A DNA stretch of 64,000 nt from Candidatus Sulfotelmatobacter sp. (GTDB lineage Bacteria > Eisenbacteria > RBG-16-71-46). The notes beneath the pieces were generated by a model. It saw only the letters and a list, made by a program, of their open reading frames with translations. It was not told where the DNA came from and did not search any database. The DNA lies in contig DATKAB010000053.1 of the NCBI GenBank assembly GCA_035498555.1, positions 62,608 to 126,607 on the forward strand, read 5' to 3'. Positions within the stretch are counted from its first letter, which is position 1. Each line of letters starts with the position of its first letter. Shown piece after piece: positions 11,621 to 21,901 of the stretch. Position numbers and translations under genes: made by a program.

Positions 11621-12855
11621 GACTCTCCCTGTGGATCGCCGGGCGCTATCTGCGCACCCGGCGACAGAGCGGATTCATCTCGCTGCTCACCGGGATTTCG
11701 ATCGGCGGGGTTACGGTCGGGGTCACCGCGTTGCTCACCGTGCTGGCGGTGATGAACGGCTTCGAGAGCGAGGTCCAGACCCGCATCGCCGGCACCGACG
11801 CCCACGTCGTGCTGCTGGGGGAGAACACCGCGGCGGTCAAGGACGCCGATCCGCTGGCCGCCAGCGTCGCGAAGCTTCCGGGGGTCGCCGGCGTCGCGCC
11901 CTTCGTCTACACCAAGGCGATCGTCTTCCATGAAGGCCTCACCGAGGGCCTGGTGGTGAAGGGTGTGGATCTCCGCGCCGAACGCACCGTCACCACCATC
12001 GGCAAGCACATCGAGCCGCCGCTCGATTCGATTCCGCGCATGACGCCCGGGGGCGCTCCCGGCATCGTGCTGGGCTCGGAGCTCGCGGCCCGGCTCGGCA
12101 CCGGGCCCGGCCAGCGCGTGACGCTGGTCTCGATGGTCGGCGCCCGGAACTCGGCGATGGGTTTCGCTCCCAAATTGCGCGCCTTCCAGGTGGTCGGGAT
12201 CTTCACCTCGGGGCTCTACACCTACGATTCGAGCTTCGGCTTCACCTCGCTCCCGGCGGCTCAGGATTTCTTCGGCTACCAGGACGGTGTCACCGGGCTC
12301 GAGATCCGGCTCGACGACATGTTCGACGCGCCGCGCATGGCGGCGCGGATCCTGGCGGCGCTGCATCGCCCCGATCTGCGCAGCAACAACTGGATCGAGC
12401 TCAATCGGAATCTGTTCACCTGGATGAAGCTCGAGAAGGTGGTGATGTTCGTGATCCTCGCTCTGATCGTGGTGGTCGCGACCTTCAACATCGTCAGCAC
12501 GCTGTTCATGGTGGTGCTCGAGAAGCGCCGCGACATCGGGGTGCTCAAGTCGCTCGGGGCCTCGGACGGCCTGGTGCTGCGCGTGTTCCTCTGGAAGGGA
12601 CTGCTGATCGGCGCTGCCGGCACCTTCCTTGGCGCCACGCTCGGGGTGACGCTCATCGAGATCCTGCGCCGCTACCCGTTCGTGAAGCTTCCGGGTGACG
12701 TCTACTTCATCGAACGCCTGCCGGTTCGGCCAGAATGGGGCGACTTCGCCGCCGTGATTCTGGCCGCCCTGTCCCTGTGCCTGATCGCCGCCCTCTATCC
12801 CGCCTGGCGGGCCTCCCGACTCGACCCGGTCGAAGCCATCCGCGGCCCGGTGTGA
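11617..12855 (+). CDS. lolC: lipoprotein-releasing system transmembrane subunit LolC/LolE (FtsX-family permease)
   Basis: GTG overlaps the lysS stop. 412 aa with an N-terminal TM, large periplasmic domain and C-terminal FtsX 3-TM module; followed by lolD. Confidence 0.75.
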   Translation: MRLSLWIAGRYLRTRRQSGFISLLTGISIGGVTVGVTALLTVLAVMNGFESEVQTRIAGTDAHVVLLGENTAAVKDADPLAASVAKLPGVAGVAPFVYTKAIVFHEGLTEGLVVKGVDLRAERTVTTIGKHIEPPLDSIPRMTPGGAPGIVLGSELAARLGTGPGQRVTLVSMVGARNSAMGFAPKLRAFQVVGIFTSGLYTYDSSFGFTSLPAAQDFFGYQDGVTGLEIRLDDMFDAPRMAARILAALHRPDLRSNNWIELNRNLFTWMKLEKVVMFVILALIVVVATFNIVSTLFMVVLEKRRDIGVLKSLGASDGLVLRVFLWKGLLIGAAGTFLGATLGVTLIEILRRYPFVKLPGDVYFIERLPVRPEWGDFAAVILAALSLCLIAALYPAWRASRLDPVEAIRGPV

Positions 12856-12887
12856 AGCCGTGGCTCAGGCGATTGAGATAACTCACT

Positions 12888-13589
12888 GTGAATAGGACAG
12901 TATCGGACTCGACTCCCGTTCTGGTGGCACGCGGGCTCGAGAAACGCTACCGCCACGGGCACGAGGTGCTCGAGGTACTGCGAGGGCTCGATCTCGAGGT
13001 CACGCGCGGCATGCTTCTGGCTATCGTCGGAGCTTCGGGTTCGGGCAAGAGCACCCTGCTGAACATTCTTGGGACACTTGACCGGCCCGACGCGGGCACC
13101 GTCGAGTTGGAGGGTCGCAGGCTGGAAGGACTGTCCGCCCCGGAGCTGGCCCGGATTCGGGCCCGGCGGATCGGATTCGTGTTCCAGTTCCACCATCTGC
13201 TGCCGGAGTTCAGCGCCGAGGAGAACGTCATGATGCCACTCCTGATGACGGGTCAGTCCACCCTCGAAGCCCGGGCGCGGGCCCGGGAGCTGCTCGGCGT
13301 GCTCTCGCTCTCGGGTTGGCGCGATCATCGCCCGGCCGAACTCTCGGGTGGCGAGGCCCAGCGCGTGGCGGTGGCGAGGGCGCTGGCGGCGTCGCCGGAT
13401 CTGGTCCTGGCGGACGAACCCAGCGGAAACCTCGACTCCCAGACCGCACAGGAACTCCACCAGCTCCTGACAACCCTCTGTCGCGAGCGACATCAAACTT
13501 TCGTCATCGCCACCCACAACGAACGCCTGGCGTCGGCCGCCGATCGAGTGCTCAAGCTCGAAGCGGGCCGCCTGCGTCCCATGGAATAG
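12888..13589 (+). CDS. lolD: lipoprotein-releasing ABC transporter ATP-binding protein LolD
   Basis: Walker A GASGSGKST, ABC signature LSGGEAQR, Walker B LVLADEP. Confidence 0.75.
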   Translation: MNRTVSDSTPVLVARGLEKRYRHGHEVLEVLRGLDLEVTRGMLLAIVGASGSGKSTLLNILGTLDRPDAGTVELEGRRLEGLSAPELARIRARRIGFVFQFHHLLPEFSAEENVMMPLLMTGQSTLEARARARELLGVLSLSGWRDHRPAELSGGEAQRVAVARALAASPDLVLADEPSGNLDSQTAQELHQLLTTLCRERHQTFVIATHNERLASAADRVLKLEAGRLRPME

Positions 13590-13603
13590 AGGATCATCGA
13601 TTC

Positions 13604-14137
13604 ATGCTCTGTCAGATCTGCGGCAAGAGCCCGGCCACCGTGCACTTCACGGAGATCCAGGACAACAAGATGTCCGAGATCCACGTGTGCGATCGCTGCG
13701 CGGAGGAAAAGGGCATGCACGCCTCGGCGAAGAAGCACAAGTTCGACATCGCCGACCTGCTGGCGGGCATGGTGGACGGCATGACCTCGACCGAGGAGGA
13801 GCGCGTCGGGCACGTCCAGTGCCCGCGCTGCGGCATGCTGTATTCGGCCTTCAAGGAGACCGGCCGCCTGGGCTGCGCCGAGTGTTACGCCGCCTTCCAG
13901 TTCCAGCTCCGGCCGCTGCTGCGCAGGATCCACGGCGACACCCGCCACAAGGGCAAGAAGCCGGCGCGCGATCATGCCGGCGCCACCCGCACCCGGCAGA
14001 TCCAGCGCCTTCACGACGAGCTGCAACGCGCCGTCGAGCGCGAGGACTTCGAACGCGCCGCCAGCATTCGCGACGAGATTCGCCGCCTGGAGCGCGAAGC
14101 GCAGGTGACGACCGATCCGGCGGAGGGGCGCTCGTGA
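13604..14137 (+). CDS. mcsA: protein-arginine kinase activator McsA (zinc-finger plus UVR motif)
   Basis: Paired CxxC zinc-finger motifs (CQICG, CDRC, CPRC, CAEC) followed by a UVR-like motif (ERAASIRDEIRRLE). Confidence 0.7.
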   Translation: MLCQICGKSPATVHFTEIQDNKMSEIHVCDRCAEEKGMHASAKKHKFDIADLLAGMVDGMTSTEEERVGHVQCPRCGMLYSAFKETGRLGCAECYAAFQFQLRPLLRRIHGDTRHKGKKPARDHAGATRTRQIQRLHDELQRAVEREDFERAASIRDEIRRLEREAQVTTDPAEGRS

Positions 14138-15252
14138 GCGCGGAGCGTCCCAATCCGCCCGCCGACTTCGGCGACCTGCTGTCGCGACCGAGCCCCTGGC
14201 TCTCCGGCGATGGCCCGCACGCCGAGATGGTGCTGTCGACGCGCATGCGCCTCGCCCGCAATCTGCAGAGCGTGCCGTTCACGCATCGCGCCCGCGACGA
14301 GCAGCTCCAGGGCGTGATGATGAGCGTGACCGGCGCGGCTCAGCGCGCCGCATCGTTCGAAGGCGGGCTGATGCTGCGCATGAACGAGCTGGAGCCGGTC
14401 GAGCGGCAGATCCTGGTCGAGCGCCACCTGGTCAGTCACGAGCTGGGCGACGGCGTGCGCCCGCGTGGAATCCTGATCGGTTCGGACCAGCGCCTGTCGC
14501 TGATGATCAACGAGGAGGATCACCTGCGGCTTCAATCGATGGCCGCCGGGTTCCAGCTGGCGGAGGCCTGGTCGCTGGCCGACGACGCCGACGACGAGCT
14601 CGAGCAGGGTCTCGACTACGCGTTCTCGGAAGAGATCGGCTATCTCACCTCGTGCCCGACCAACGCCGGCACCGGACTGCGTGCCTCGGTGCTCATCCAC
14701 CTGCCGGCGCTGGTGCTGCTCGAGGAGATCCAGCGGGTCTTGAAGAGCGTGGCGCAGGTGGGGCTCAACGTGCGCGGCCTGTACGGCGAGCACAGCGAGG
14801 TGATGGGCAATCTGTTCCAGATCTCGAATCAGACCACCCTCGGTCGCGGCGAACACGATTCCATCGAGCAACTCGATCGCGTGACCCGCCAGATCATCGG
14901 CTGGGAGGAAAAGGCGCGCGAGCGTATGATGCGGGATGCGCGAGTCCAGGTGGAGGACAAGGTGTGGCGGGCCTACGGCACGCTGCGTCATTGTCGCTCC
15001 ATTCAGACCCGCGAAGTCATCAATTTGTGTTCGGCGGTGCGCTTCGGCGTGGCCCTGGGCCTGAACGGCCTCTGCCCGCTCGGAGTGCTCAATGAATTGC
15101 TGGTGATCACGCAGCCTGCGCACCTCCAGCGCGCTCATGGCGGGCAGCTTCAGCCGGCCGAGCGCAACGTGGTGCGCGCGGATGTGGTGCGCGAGAGGCT
15201 GGCGGCCGCGGAGCGGGAAGAGCCGCGCCGGCGCCGGCCGAATCGCGAATAG
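14134..15252 (+). CDS. mcsB: protein arginine kinase McsB (ATP:guanido phosphotransferase family)
   Basis: GTG overlaps the mcsA stop. The phosphagen-kinase catalytic domain motif CPTNAGTGLRASV matches the McsB/creatine-kinase signature. Confidence 0.8.
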   Translation: MSAERPNPPADFGDLLSRPSPWLSGDGPHAEMVLSTRMRLARNLQSVPFTHRARDEQLQGVMMSVTGAAQRAASFEGGLMLRMNELEPVERQILVERHLVSHELGDGVRPRGILIGSDQRLSLMINEEDHLRLQSMAAGFQLAEAWSLADDADDELEQGLDYAFSEEIGYLTSCPTNAGTGLRASVLIHLPALVLLEEIQRVLKSVAQVGLNVRGLYGEHSEVMGNLFQISNQTTLGRGEHDSIEQLDRVTRQIIGWEEKARERMMRDARVQVEDKVWRAYGTLRHCRSIQTREVINLCSAVRFGVALGLNGLCPLGVLNELLVITQPAHLQRAHGGQLQPAERNVVRADVVRERLAAAEREEPRRRRPNRE

Positions 15253-15334
15253 CGAAGCCGAAAACTACAGGCGTGGGAGCGGCGACCACCGGTCGGTGGC
15301 CGCGGGCTCCCCTCCAGGGAACGAGAGCAACGCC

Positions 15335-17812
15335 ATGCATGACAAATTCACGGAGCGGGTGCGAAAGGTCATCTACCTCGCGCGCGAGGAAGCGGCGAGG
15401 CTCCAGCACGACTACATCGGCACCGAGCATCTGTTGCTGGGTGTGATTCGCGAGGGCGAGGGCATCGCGGCCACCGTGCTGAACAATCTGGGGCTCGATC
15501 TCGATCGCATTCGCCAGGAAGTCGAGAACATGGTGAGCGCCTCCGGCGGCACCATGACCATTGGCGAGATCCCCTTCACGCCGCGCGCGAAGCGCGTGCT
15601 GGAGCTGGCCGTCGAGGAAGCTCGATCGCTGGGTCACAACTACGTCGGCACCGAGCACCTGTTGCTGGGGCTGATTCGCGAAGGCGAAGGCGTAGCCGCC
15701 AAGGTGCTGCTCGAGCTGGGCGTGGACCGCAAGCGCGTGCGCGAAGAGACCCTGAAGCTCCTGGGCGGCACGCCGTCTTCGAGCAGCAGTGCCGAGCGCG
15801 AGGAGCGTCCGGAGACCCCGGCCCTCAATCAGTTCGGTCGCGACCTCACCCAGCTGGCGCGCGAGGGCAAGCTGGATCCGGTGATCGGCCGCGACAAGGA
15901 GATCGAGCGCGTCATCCAGGTGCTATCGCGTCGCAAGAAGAACAATCCGGTGCTGATCGGCGAGCCGGGCGTCGGCAAGACCGCGATCGCCGAGGGGCTG
16001 GCGCAGCGGATCGTCTCGGCGCAGGTGCCGGAGAGCCTCAAGAACAAGCGCATCGTCACGCTCGACCTGGCGGCGGTGGTGGCCGGCACCAAGTATCGCG
16101 GTCAGTTCGAAGAGCGCCTGAAGACGGTGATGAACGAGATCCGGGAATCGAAGGACACCGTGATCTTCATCGACGAGCTGCACACCATCGTCGGCGCGGG
16201 CGGCGCGGAGGGCGCGATCGACGCGAGCAACATGCTCAAGCCGGCTCTGGCACGCGGCGAGCTCCAGTGCATCGGCGCCACCACCCTCGACGAGTACCGC
16301 AAGTACATCGAGAAGGACGGCGCGCTCGAGCGCCGCTTCCAGCCGGTGATGGTGGACCAGCCGAGCATTCAGGACACGATCGCGATCCTGAACGGGCTGC
16401 GCGACAAGTACGAGGCGCACCACGGTGTCAAGATCACTGATAGCGCGGTGGTCCAGGCGGTCAAGCTCGCCGATCGCTACATGAACGACCGGTTCTTCCC
16501 GGACAAGGCCATCGACGTGATCGACGAGGCGTGCGCGCGCGCGCGCCTGTCGGTGAGCACCGTGCCCTCCGAGATCCACGAGCTCGAGAAGAAGCTCGAG
16601 GAGGTCATCAAGGAGAAGGAATCGGCGATCCGTGGCCAGGAGTACGAGAAGGCCGCCCGGCTGCGCGACCGCGAGAAGGAGCTGCGCGCGCGCCGCAACG
16701 AGCTCAAGAAGTCGTGGTCGGAGTCCAAGCGCGACAAGGAAGTTCAGGTCGACGAAGAGCTGATCGCCTCGGTGCTCTCGGTGATGACCGGGATCCCGGT
16801 CGTGAAGCTGGCCGAGGAGGAAACTCAAAAGCTCCTGCGCATGGAGGACGAACTCGGCAGGCGCGTGGTGGGGCAGGCCGAAGCGGTCGCGGCCGTGTCC
16901 CGCGCGGTGCGCCGCAATCGAGTCGGCCTGCGCGATCCCAAGCGTCCAATCGGTTCGTTCATCTTCCTGGGTCCCACCGGCGTGGGCAAGACCGAGCTGG
17001 CGCGGGCGCTCGCGGCTTTTCTTTTCGATGACGAAGACGCGCTCATTCGGATTGACATGTCGGAGTACATGGAGAAATTCTCGGTTTCGCGCCTGGTGGG
17101 AGCACCGCCGGGCTACGTGGGGTATGAGGAGGGCGGGCAACTCACCGAGAAGGTGCGCCGTAAGCCCTATTCGGTGGTGCTGCTCGACGAGATCGAGAAG
17201 GCGCATCCCGACGTATTCAATGTGCTCTTGCAGGTGCTGGATGACGGCGTCCTCACCGACAGCTCCCGTCGGCGCGTGGACTTCAAGAACACCGTCATCA
17301 TCATGACTTCGAATCTGGGCGGCCGGCAGATCGTCACGGGCGCGCGCAACCTGGGCTTCAAACAGGCGGCGGCCGGCGCTCAGCAGTTCGCGGCGATCAA
17401 GAGCACCGTCCAGGACGAACTCAAGCGCACCTTCAATCCGGAGTTCCTCAACCGGGTCGACGACGTGATCGTGTTCCACGCGCTCAGCCGCGAGGACATG
17501 GCCAACATCGTTCAGATCCTCTTGGGTCAGGTCAAGGAGCGACTGCGTGCACAAGAGATTCAACTCGAGATTCAACCCGAGGCGATCGAGCTCCTCATCG
17601 ACAAGGGGTTCGACCCGGCGCTGGGAGCGCGCCCCCTCAAGCGGGCCATTCAGCGACTGCTGGAGGATCCGCTCGCGGAATTCATCCTGCGCGGGCAGCT
17701 TCCTGGCGGCGCCGGCATCTGCGTGGAGCGCCGCAGCGACGAGCTCGCCTTCGAGCCCGCTGCCGCCCAGAAACCTGCGGAGGCTCCCGCTCCTGCGGTC
17801 CCGGGTCGTTAG
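15335..17812 (+). CDS. clpC: ATP-dependent Clp protease ATP-binding subunit ClpC
   Basis: Duplicated Clp N-domain repeats, two AAA+ modules (GEPGVGKT and GPTGVGKT Walker A motifs), and a UVR/M-domain linker ([14 protein letters not shown]). Confidence 0.9.
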   Translation: MHDKFTERVRKVIYLAREEAARLQHDYIGTEHLLLGVIREGEGIAATVLNNLGLDLDRIRQEVENMVSASGGTMTIGEIPFTPRAKRVLELAVEEARSLGHNYVGTEHLLLGLIREGEGVAAKVLLELGVDRKRVREETLKLLGGTPSSSSSAEREERPETPALNQFGRDLTQLAREGKLDPVIGRDKEIERVIQVLSRRKKNNPVLIGEPGVGKTAIAEGLAQRIVSAQVPESLKNKRIVTLDLAAVVAGTKYRGQFEERLKTVMNEIRESKDTVIFIDELHTIVGAGGAEGAIDASNMLKPALARGELQCIGATTLDEYRKYIEKDGALERRFQPVMVDQPSIQDTIAILNGLRDKYEAHHGVKITDSAVVQAVKLADRYMNDRFFPDKAIDVIDEACARARLSVSTVPSEIHELEKKLEEVIKEKESAIRGQEYEKAARLRDREKELRARRNELKKSWSESKRDKEVQVDEELIASVLSVMTGIPVVKLAEEETQKLLRMEDELGRRVVGQAEAVAAVSRAVRRNRVGLRDPKRPIGSFIFLGPTGVGKTELARALAAFLFDDEDALIRIDMSEYMEKFSVSRLVGAPPGYVGYEEGGQLTEKVRRKPYSVVLLDEIEKAHPDVFNVLLQVLDDGVLTDSSRRRVDFKNTVIIMTSNLGGRQIVTGARNLGFKQAAAGAQQFAAIKSTVQDELKRTFNPEFLNRVDDVIVFHALSREDMANIVQILLGQVKERLRAQEIQLEIQPEAIELLIDKGFDPALGARPLKRAIQRLLEDPLAEFILRGQLPGGAGICVERRSDELAFEPAAAQKPAEAPAPAVPGR

Positions 17813-20186
17813 CGCGGTCCTACCGCTCCTCCTCACGCTCCTCTCGGCGCCGGCGACCGCACAGTCGCCGGCGCCGGAGCGCTCCGACGCCGAGCCGCCG
17901 GTGGTCGGCGCGATCACGGTGGTCGGCAACACCATCACCGACACCACGCGCATCATCCGTTCGTTCGAGGTGGTGCCCGGCACGCGCTACAGCGAGGATG
18001 CGGTGCGCCGCGGCATGCGCAAGCTGTTCGCGCTCGGCGTGTTCGAGGACGTGTGGGTCGACAAGGACCTGCAGGGCGACACCATGAACCTCGTGATCCA
18101 CGTCGCCGAGCGGCGAAGGATCTCCAGGATCGAGTTCACCGGTCAGCGCAAGAAGAGCGAAGACGATCTGAAGAAGAAGCTCTTCCTCCACGTCGGTGAG
18201 AGTTACTCGCCGGTCCAGACCCGCAGCCAGGTGGACACGCTGCTCAAGCTCTATCGCGACGACGGTTACGCCCAGGCCGCGATCGACGCGGTGACCGACA
18301 CCACCGTCGGGCCGGGACAGCTCGCCCTTCGATTCGTGATTCGCGAGGGCGAGAAGGTCAGGATCGAACGCATCACCTTCGAGGGGATCTCGGCCTTCAA
18401 CGAGGCGCGGCTGCGCAAGAACATGAAGACTCACCAGAAGGGCTTCTTCGGCGGCGGCGAGGTCAAAGAGGAAGACCTGATGCAGGACAAGGAGAAGCTC
18501 GAGACCTGGTATCACGACCACGGCTACCGGGACATGCGCGTGGCCGGGCACGAGCTGTTGCCGGGCAGCGAGCCCAGGCGCCTGATCCTGCACGTGAAGA
18601 TCGAAGAGGGGCGTCCGTATTTCATCGGCAACGTGCGCTGGGAGGGTAACAAGGTCATCGGTCCGGCCGACCTGGCCAAGGTGCCGCAGCCCAAGAGCGG
18701 CGATCTCTACGACGCCAGCAAGATCGACCGAGCGCGCGGCGAGGCGTTCGGCAGCTACGCCGAGCACGGCTATCTGTACGTCCAGATCGAACCTCAGGAA
18801 AGCCTGCGCGACTCGCTGGTGGACATCACCTTTCACATCACCGAGGGCGATCCGTCCAATGTTCGCTACGTGGTGATCTCCGGCAACAAGGCGACCCGCG
18901 AGAAAGTGATCCGTCGCGAGATCGACATCCACGAGGGCGATCGCTTCCGGCGATCGGCGTTGATGCGGACGCGGGACGACATCATGCGACTCGGCATCTT
19001 CGAGGACGTGGCGATCGATTTCGGCCCGACCGAGACCAGCGACGTCGATGTGCTGCTCAAGGTGAAGGAGAAACAGGTCGGCACCGCGTCGGCGGGTGCG
19101 GGCTACACCAGCGCGACCGGCGTCACCGGGTTCGTCGAGCTGGGTCACAACAACGTGCTCGGCAACGGCCAGAGCCTGCAGCTGCACCTGGAGCGGGGCG
19201 CGACCAGCAACAACTATTTCCTGAGTTTCACCGAGCCGTGGTTCCACGACACCCCGACCCTGCTCGGCATCTCGGCGTTCAACACCGCCACCAATCAGGA
19301 TCTCTATCGCGAGAAGCGCGTCGGCGGCTCGGTTCGGATCGGCCGGCCGCTCCCCTGGCCCGACTACTCGCGCGGCTCGATCACGTATCGCCTGGAAGGC
19401 GTCACGCTCGACTCGCTCGGCACGCTCAGCGACGCGAACCGACTCGCGCTGACCGGCACCAAGTGGGGCGAGCAGGCCACCACCAGCAGCATGGAATTCG
19501 ACTTTCTCCGCAACACCACCGACAACCCGATGTACCCGAAGCGCGGCACGCGTCTCGCCCTCAGCAGCGAACTGGCGGGCGGTCCGTTTCTGGGCAACGT
19601 GAACTTCCAGAAGCAGCGGGTCGAGGGGCGGCTCTACATGCCTTCGATCCTGCGCGGCATCACCACCATGATGCGGGCGCGTGCCGGATGGCTGGGCGAA
19701 TTCGGACTCAGCAGCCTGCAGCCGGTGCCCGAATACGAACGCTTCCGGCTCGGCGGCGGCTCGACCATCGACCCGCTGCGCGGCTACGACGACTACATGG
19801 TGGTGCCGGAAAAGTTCATCCAGCGGGTGCGAACCCCGATTCTTGGCATCGTGATCGACAGTCTCGGGGTGGCGCGCAGCGACACCCTCGGCTACACCAA
19901 TTCCACGGTGCGCTACCCCGGTGGGCGCTTCTTCACCAGCTATACGGTCGAGCAGCAGTTCCCCATTGTGAATCCGCTGCACGGTGTGTTCTTCTTCGAC
20001 GCGGGAAACACCTGGGATCTGTTCAGTGAGATCAAGCCGTTCGACCTCAAGATGGGTGCCGGCATCGGCTTCCGCCTCGAGATCCCGCTGCTCGGCAACA
20101 TCGGCTTCGACTACGGATATGGATTCAATCGAGACGATCACCCCAAAGCCGTGGGCCACTTCCTGCTCGGAAACGTCAACTTCTGA
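17778..20186 (+). CDS. bamA: outer membrane protein assembly factor BamA (start codon uncertain)
   Basis: POTRA repeats followed by a C-terminal Omp85 beta-barrel. A signal-peptide-like segment ([30 protein letters not shown]) follows the clpC stop, but the first canonical in-frame start after that stop is GTG at 17901, inside the mature region. The listed start is the in-frame CTG at 17778. Confidence 0.8.
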   Translation, partial: RRLPLLRSRVVSAVLPLLLTLLSAPATAQSPAPERSDAEPPVVGAITVVGNTITDTTRIIRSFEVVPGTRYSEDAVRRGMRKLFALGVFEDVWVDKDLQGDTMNLVIHVAERRRISRIEFTGQRKKSEDDLKKKLFLHVGESYSPVQTRSQVDTLLKLYRDDGYAQAAIDAVTDTTVGPGQLALRFVIREGEKVRIERITFEGISAFNEARLRKNMKTHQKGFFGGGEVKEEDLMQDKEKLETWYHDHGYRDMRVAGHELLPGSEPRRLILHVKIEEGRPYFIGNVRWEGNKVIGPADLAKVPQPKSGDLYDASKIDRARGEAFGSYAEHGYLYVQIEPQESLRDSLVDITFHITEGDPSNVRYVVISGNKATREKVIRREIDIHEGDRFRRSALMRTRDDIMRLGIFEDVAIDFGPTETSDVDVLLKVKEKQVGTASAGAGYTSATGVTGFVELGHNNVLGNGQSLQLHLERGATSNNYFLSFTEPWFHDTPTLLGISAFNTATNQDLYREKRVGGSVRIGRPLPWPDYSRGSITYRLEGVTLDSLGTLSDANRLALTGTKWGEQATTSSMEFDFLRNTTDNPMYPKRGTRLALSSELAGGPFLGNVNFQKQRVEGRLYMPSILRGITTMMRARAGWLGEFGLSSLQPVPEYERFRLGGGSTIDPLRGYDDYMVVPEKFIQRVRTPILGIVIDSLGVARSDTLGYTNSTVRYPGGRFFTSYTVEQQFPIVNPLHGVFFFDAGNTWDLFSEIKPFDLKMGAGIGFRLEIPLLGNIGFDYGYGFNRDDHPKAVGHFLLGNVNF

Positions 20187-20187
20187 C

Positions 20188-20763
20188 GTGACGACTCCCG
20201 TGCGCTCGCGTCTCCATCCGATTCTCGGGCCGGCGCTGGTGGCGGTCGTGGCGCTGGCGTTCTCGGCGTCCCGGTCGCCCGCCGCCTCGGACCTGAAGAT
20301 CGGCTATATTGACTCGTCTCGGATCTTCCAGGAGTACAAGGCCGCCCAGGAAGCGCAGGCGAGCTTCGAGCGGCAGGTTCAGGGATGGCGCAGCGAGGCC
20401 GACGAGAAGCAGAAGGTCGTGGACCAGCTGCGGGCCGAGGTCCGGGATCAGGGTCCGATTCTCTCGGCCACCAAACGCCAGGAAAAGGAAGAAGCGCTGC
20501 AGCGGGCGATCAGCGATTACGAGAAGTTCGTGCAGGACACCTGGGGGCCGCAGGGTCGCGCTTCGCAGGAGAACGAGCGGGCCACTCAGGAAGTCATCGG
20601 ACAGATTCGCTCGGTGGTCGAGAAGCTGGCAGCCGATCGTCAGCTGGATCTGGTGCTGGACGCGGCGAGCGGCATCATCATTTACGCGGACAAGACGCTG
20701 GATCTGACATCGGCCGTTCTGCAGGAGCTGGCGCTCCGCAGCAGCACGGGAGCCACTCACTGA
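20188..20763 (+). CDS. skp: OmpH/Skp-family periplasmic chaperone
   Basis: GTG 1 nt after the bamA stop; signal peptide then a coiled-coil-rich 190-aa protein; sits in the canonical bamA-skp-lpxD position. Confidence 0.75.
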   Translation: MTTPVRSRLHPILGPALVAVVALAFSASRSPAASDLKIGYIDSSRIFQEYKAAQEAQASFERQVQGWRSEADEKQKVVDQLRAEVRDQGPILSATKRQEKEEALQRAISDYEKFVQDTWGPQGRASQENERATQEVIGQIRSVVEKLAADRQLDLVLDAASGIIIYADKTLDLTSAVLQELALRSSTGATH

Positions 20764-20851
20764 GTCTTCGACACATCATGGGACAATCGAGGCCGGCCGG
20801 GCGAGCCCCGCGCCGCCGGCATGCGGTGAACCTCCAGGGAGGGTCGCAGGC

Positions 20852-21901
20852 ATGATCACGCGCACGCTGGCCGAACTGGCTGCCGAACTCGGGGGCGAAG
20901 TCGCGGGGGACGGCTCGACCGTCATTCGCGGCGTGGCCGGGATTCGCGAGGCTCAGCCCGGCGACGTCACCTTCCTCGCCAACTCGCGTTACGACACCTA
21001 TCTCTCCGAGACCCGCGCCTCGGCGGTGATCTGTTCGCGCGACGCACGCACCTCTCTGCTGCCGCTGCTGCACGTCGACAATCCCTATCTCGCGTTCCAG
21101 AAGGTGGTGCGCATCTTCCGGCCCGATGCCTTTCGGCAGCCCGCCGGCATCCACCCCTCCGCGGTGGTGGACCCCTCGGCGCGACTGGGCGTCGAGGTTT
21201 CGATCGGACCGAACTGCGTGATCGAACGGGATGCGCAGATTGGCGAGCGCGCCGTGATCATGGCCGGCAGCTACGTGGGAGTCGCGTCCCGCGTCGGCGC
21301 CGGAACGGTGTTCTACCCGCGCGTCACGCTGCGGGAAGAGTGCGTGGTGGGGGAGCGGTGCATCATCCACAGCGGCGCAGTGATCGGCGCCGACGGCTTC
21401 GGCTTTGCCTTCGACGCCGGGAAGTATCACAAGGTCCCGCAGGTCGGAAACGTCGAGATCGGTGACGACGTCGAGATCGGGGCCAACACCACCATCGATC
21501 GCGCCACCACCGAGAGCACCCGGATCGGCGACGGCACCAAGATCGACAATCTGGTCCAGATCGGCCACAACGTGGTGATCGGCAAGCACTGCATCATCGT
21601 GGCGCAGGTGGGGATCTCGGGAAGCACCGAGCTCGAGGACTACGTCACCGTGGGCGGCCAGGCCGGGCTGGTGGGGCACATCCGCCTGGGACGCGGCTCC
21701 CAGGTCGGCGCGCAGAGCGGGGTATCGAAATCGGTGCCGGCCAACGCCACGGTGTTCGGTTATCCGGCGGCGCCGCTTTCGGCGTTCAAGCGGCTCAACG
21801 CCTATCTGCAGCGGCTGCCGCAGTTGTTCCAGCGCACCAAGACCATCGAGGAGCGCATCGAGAAGCTCGAGCGGGAGGCTCAGCGCGAGGAAGTGAGATG
21901 A
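20852..21901 (+). CDS. lpxD: UDP-3-O-(3-hydroxyacyl)glucosamine N-acyltransferase
   Basis: LpxD N-terminal domain followed by left-handed beta-helix hexapeptide repeats and a C-terminal helix. Confidence 0.9.
   Translation: MITRTLAELAAELGGEVAGDGSTVIRGVAGIREAQPGDVTFLANSRYDTYLSETRASAVICSRDARTSLLPLLHVDNPYLAFQKVVRIFRPDAFRQPAGIHPSAVVDPSARLGVEVSIGPNCVIERDAQIGERAVIMAGSYVGVASRVGAGTVFYPRVTLREECVVGERCIIHSGAVIGADGFGFAFDAGKYHKVPQVGNVEIGDDVEIGANTTIDRATTESTRIGDGTKIDNLVQIGHNVVIGKHCIIVAQVGISGSTELEDYVTVGGQAGLVGHIRLGRGSQVGAQSGVSKSVPANATVFGYPAAPLSAFKRLNAYLQRLPQLFQRTKTIEERIEKLEREAQREEVR

Noticed and set aside
13590-13603. Search for a ctsR gene or CtsR boxes upstream of mcsA
   Set aside because: Only 14 nt separate lolD from mcsA; there is no room for ctsR or its GGTCAAA direct-repeat operator.
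15923-20159. Two long minus-strand ORFs (686 aa and 779 aa) opposite clpC and bamA
   Set aside because: Antisense artefacts; the + strand encodes ClpC with Walker motifs and BamA with POTRA and barrel domains.
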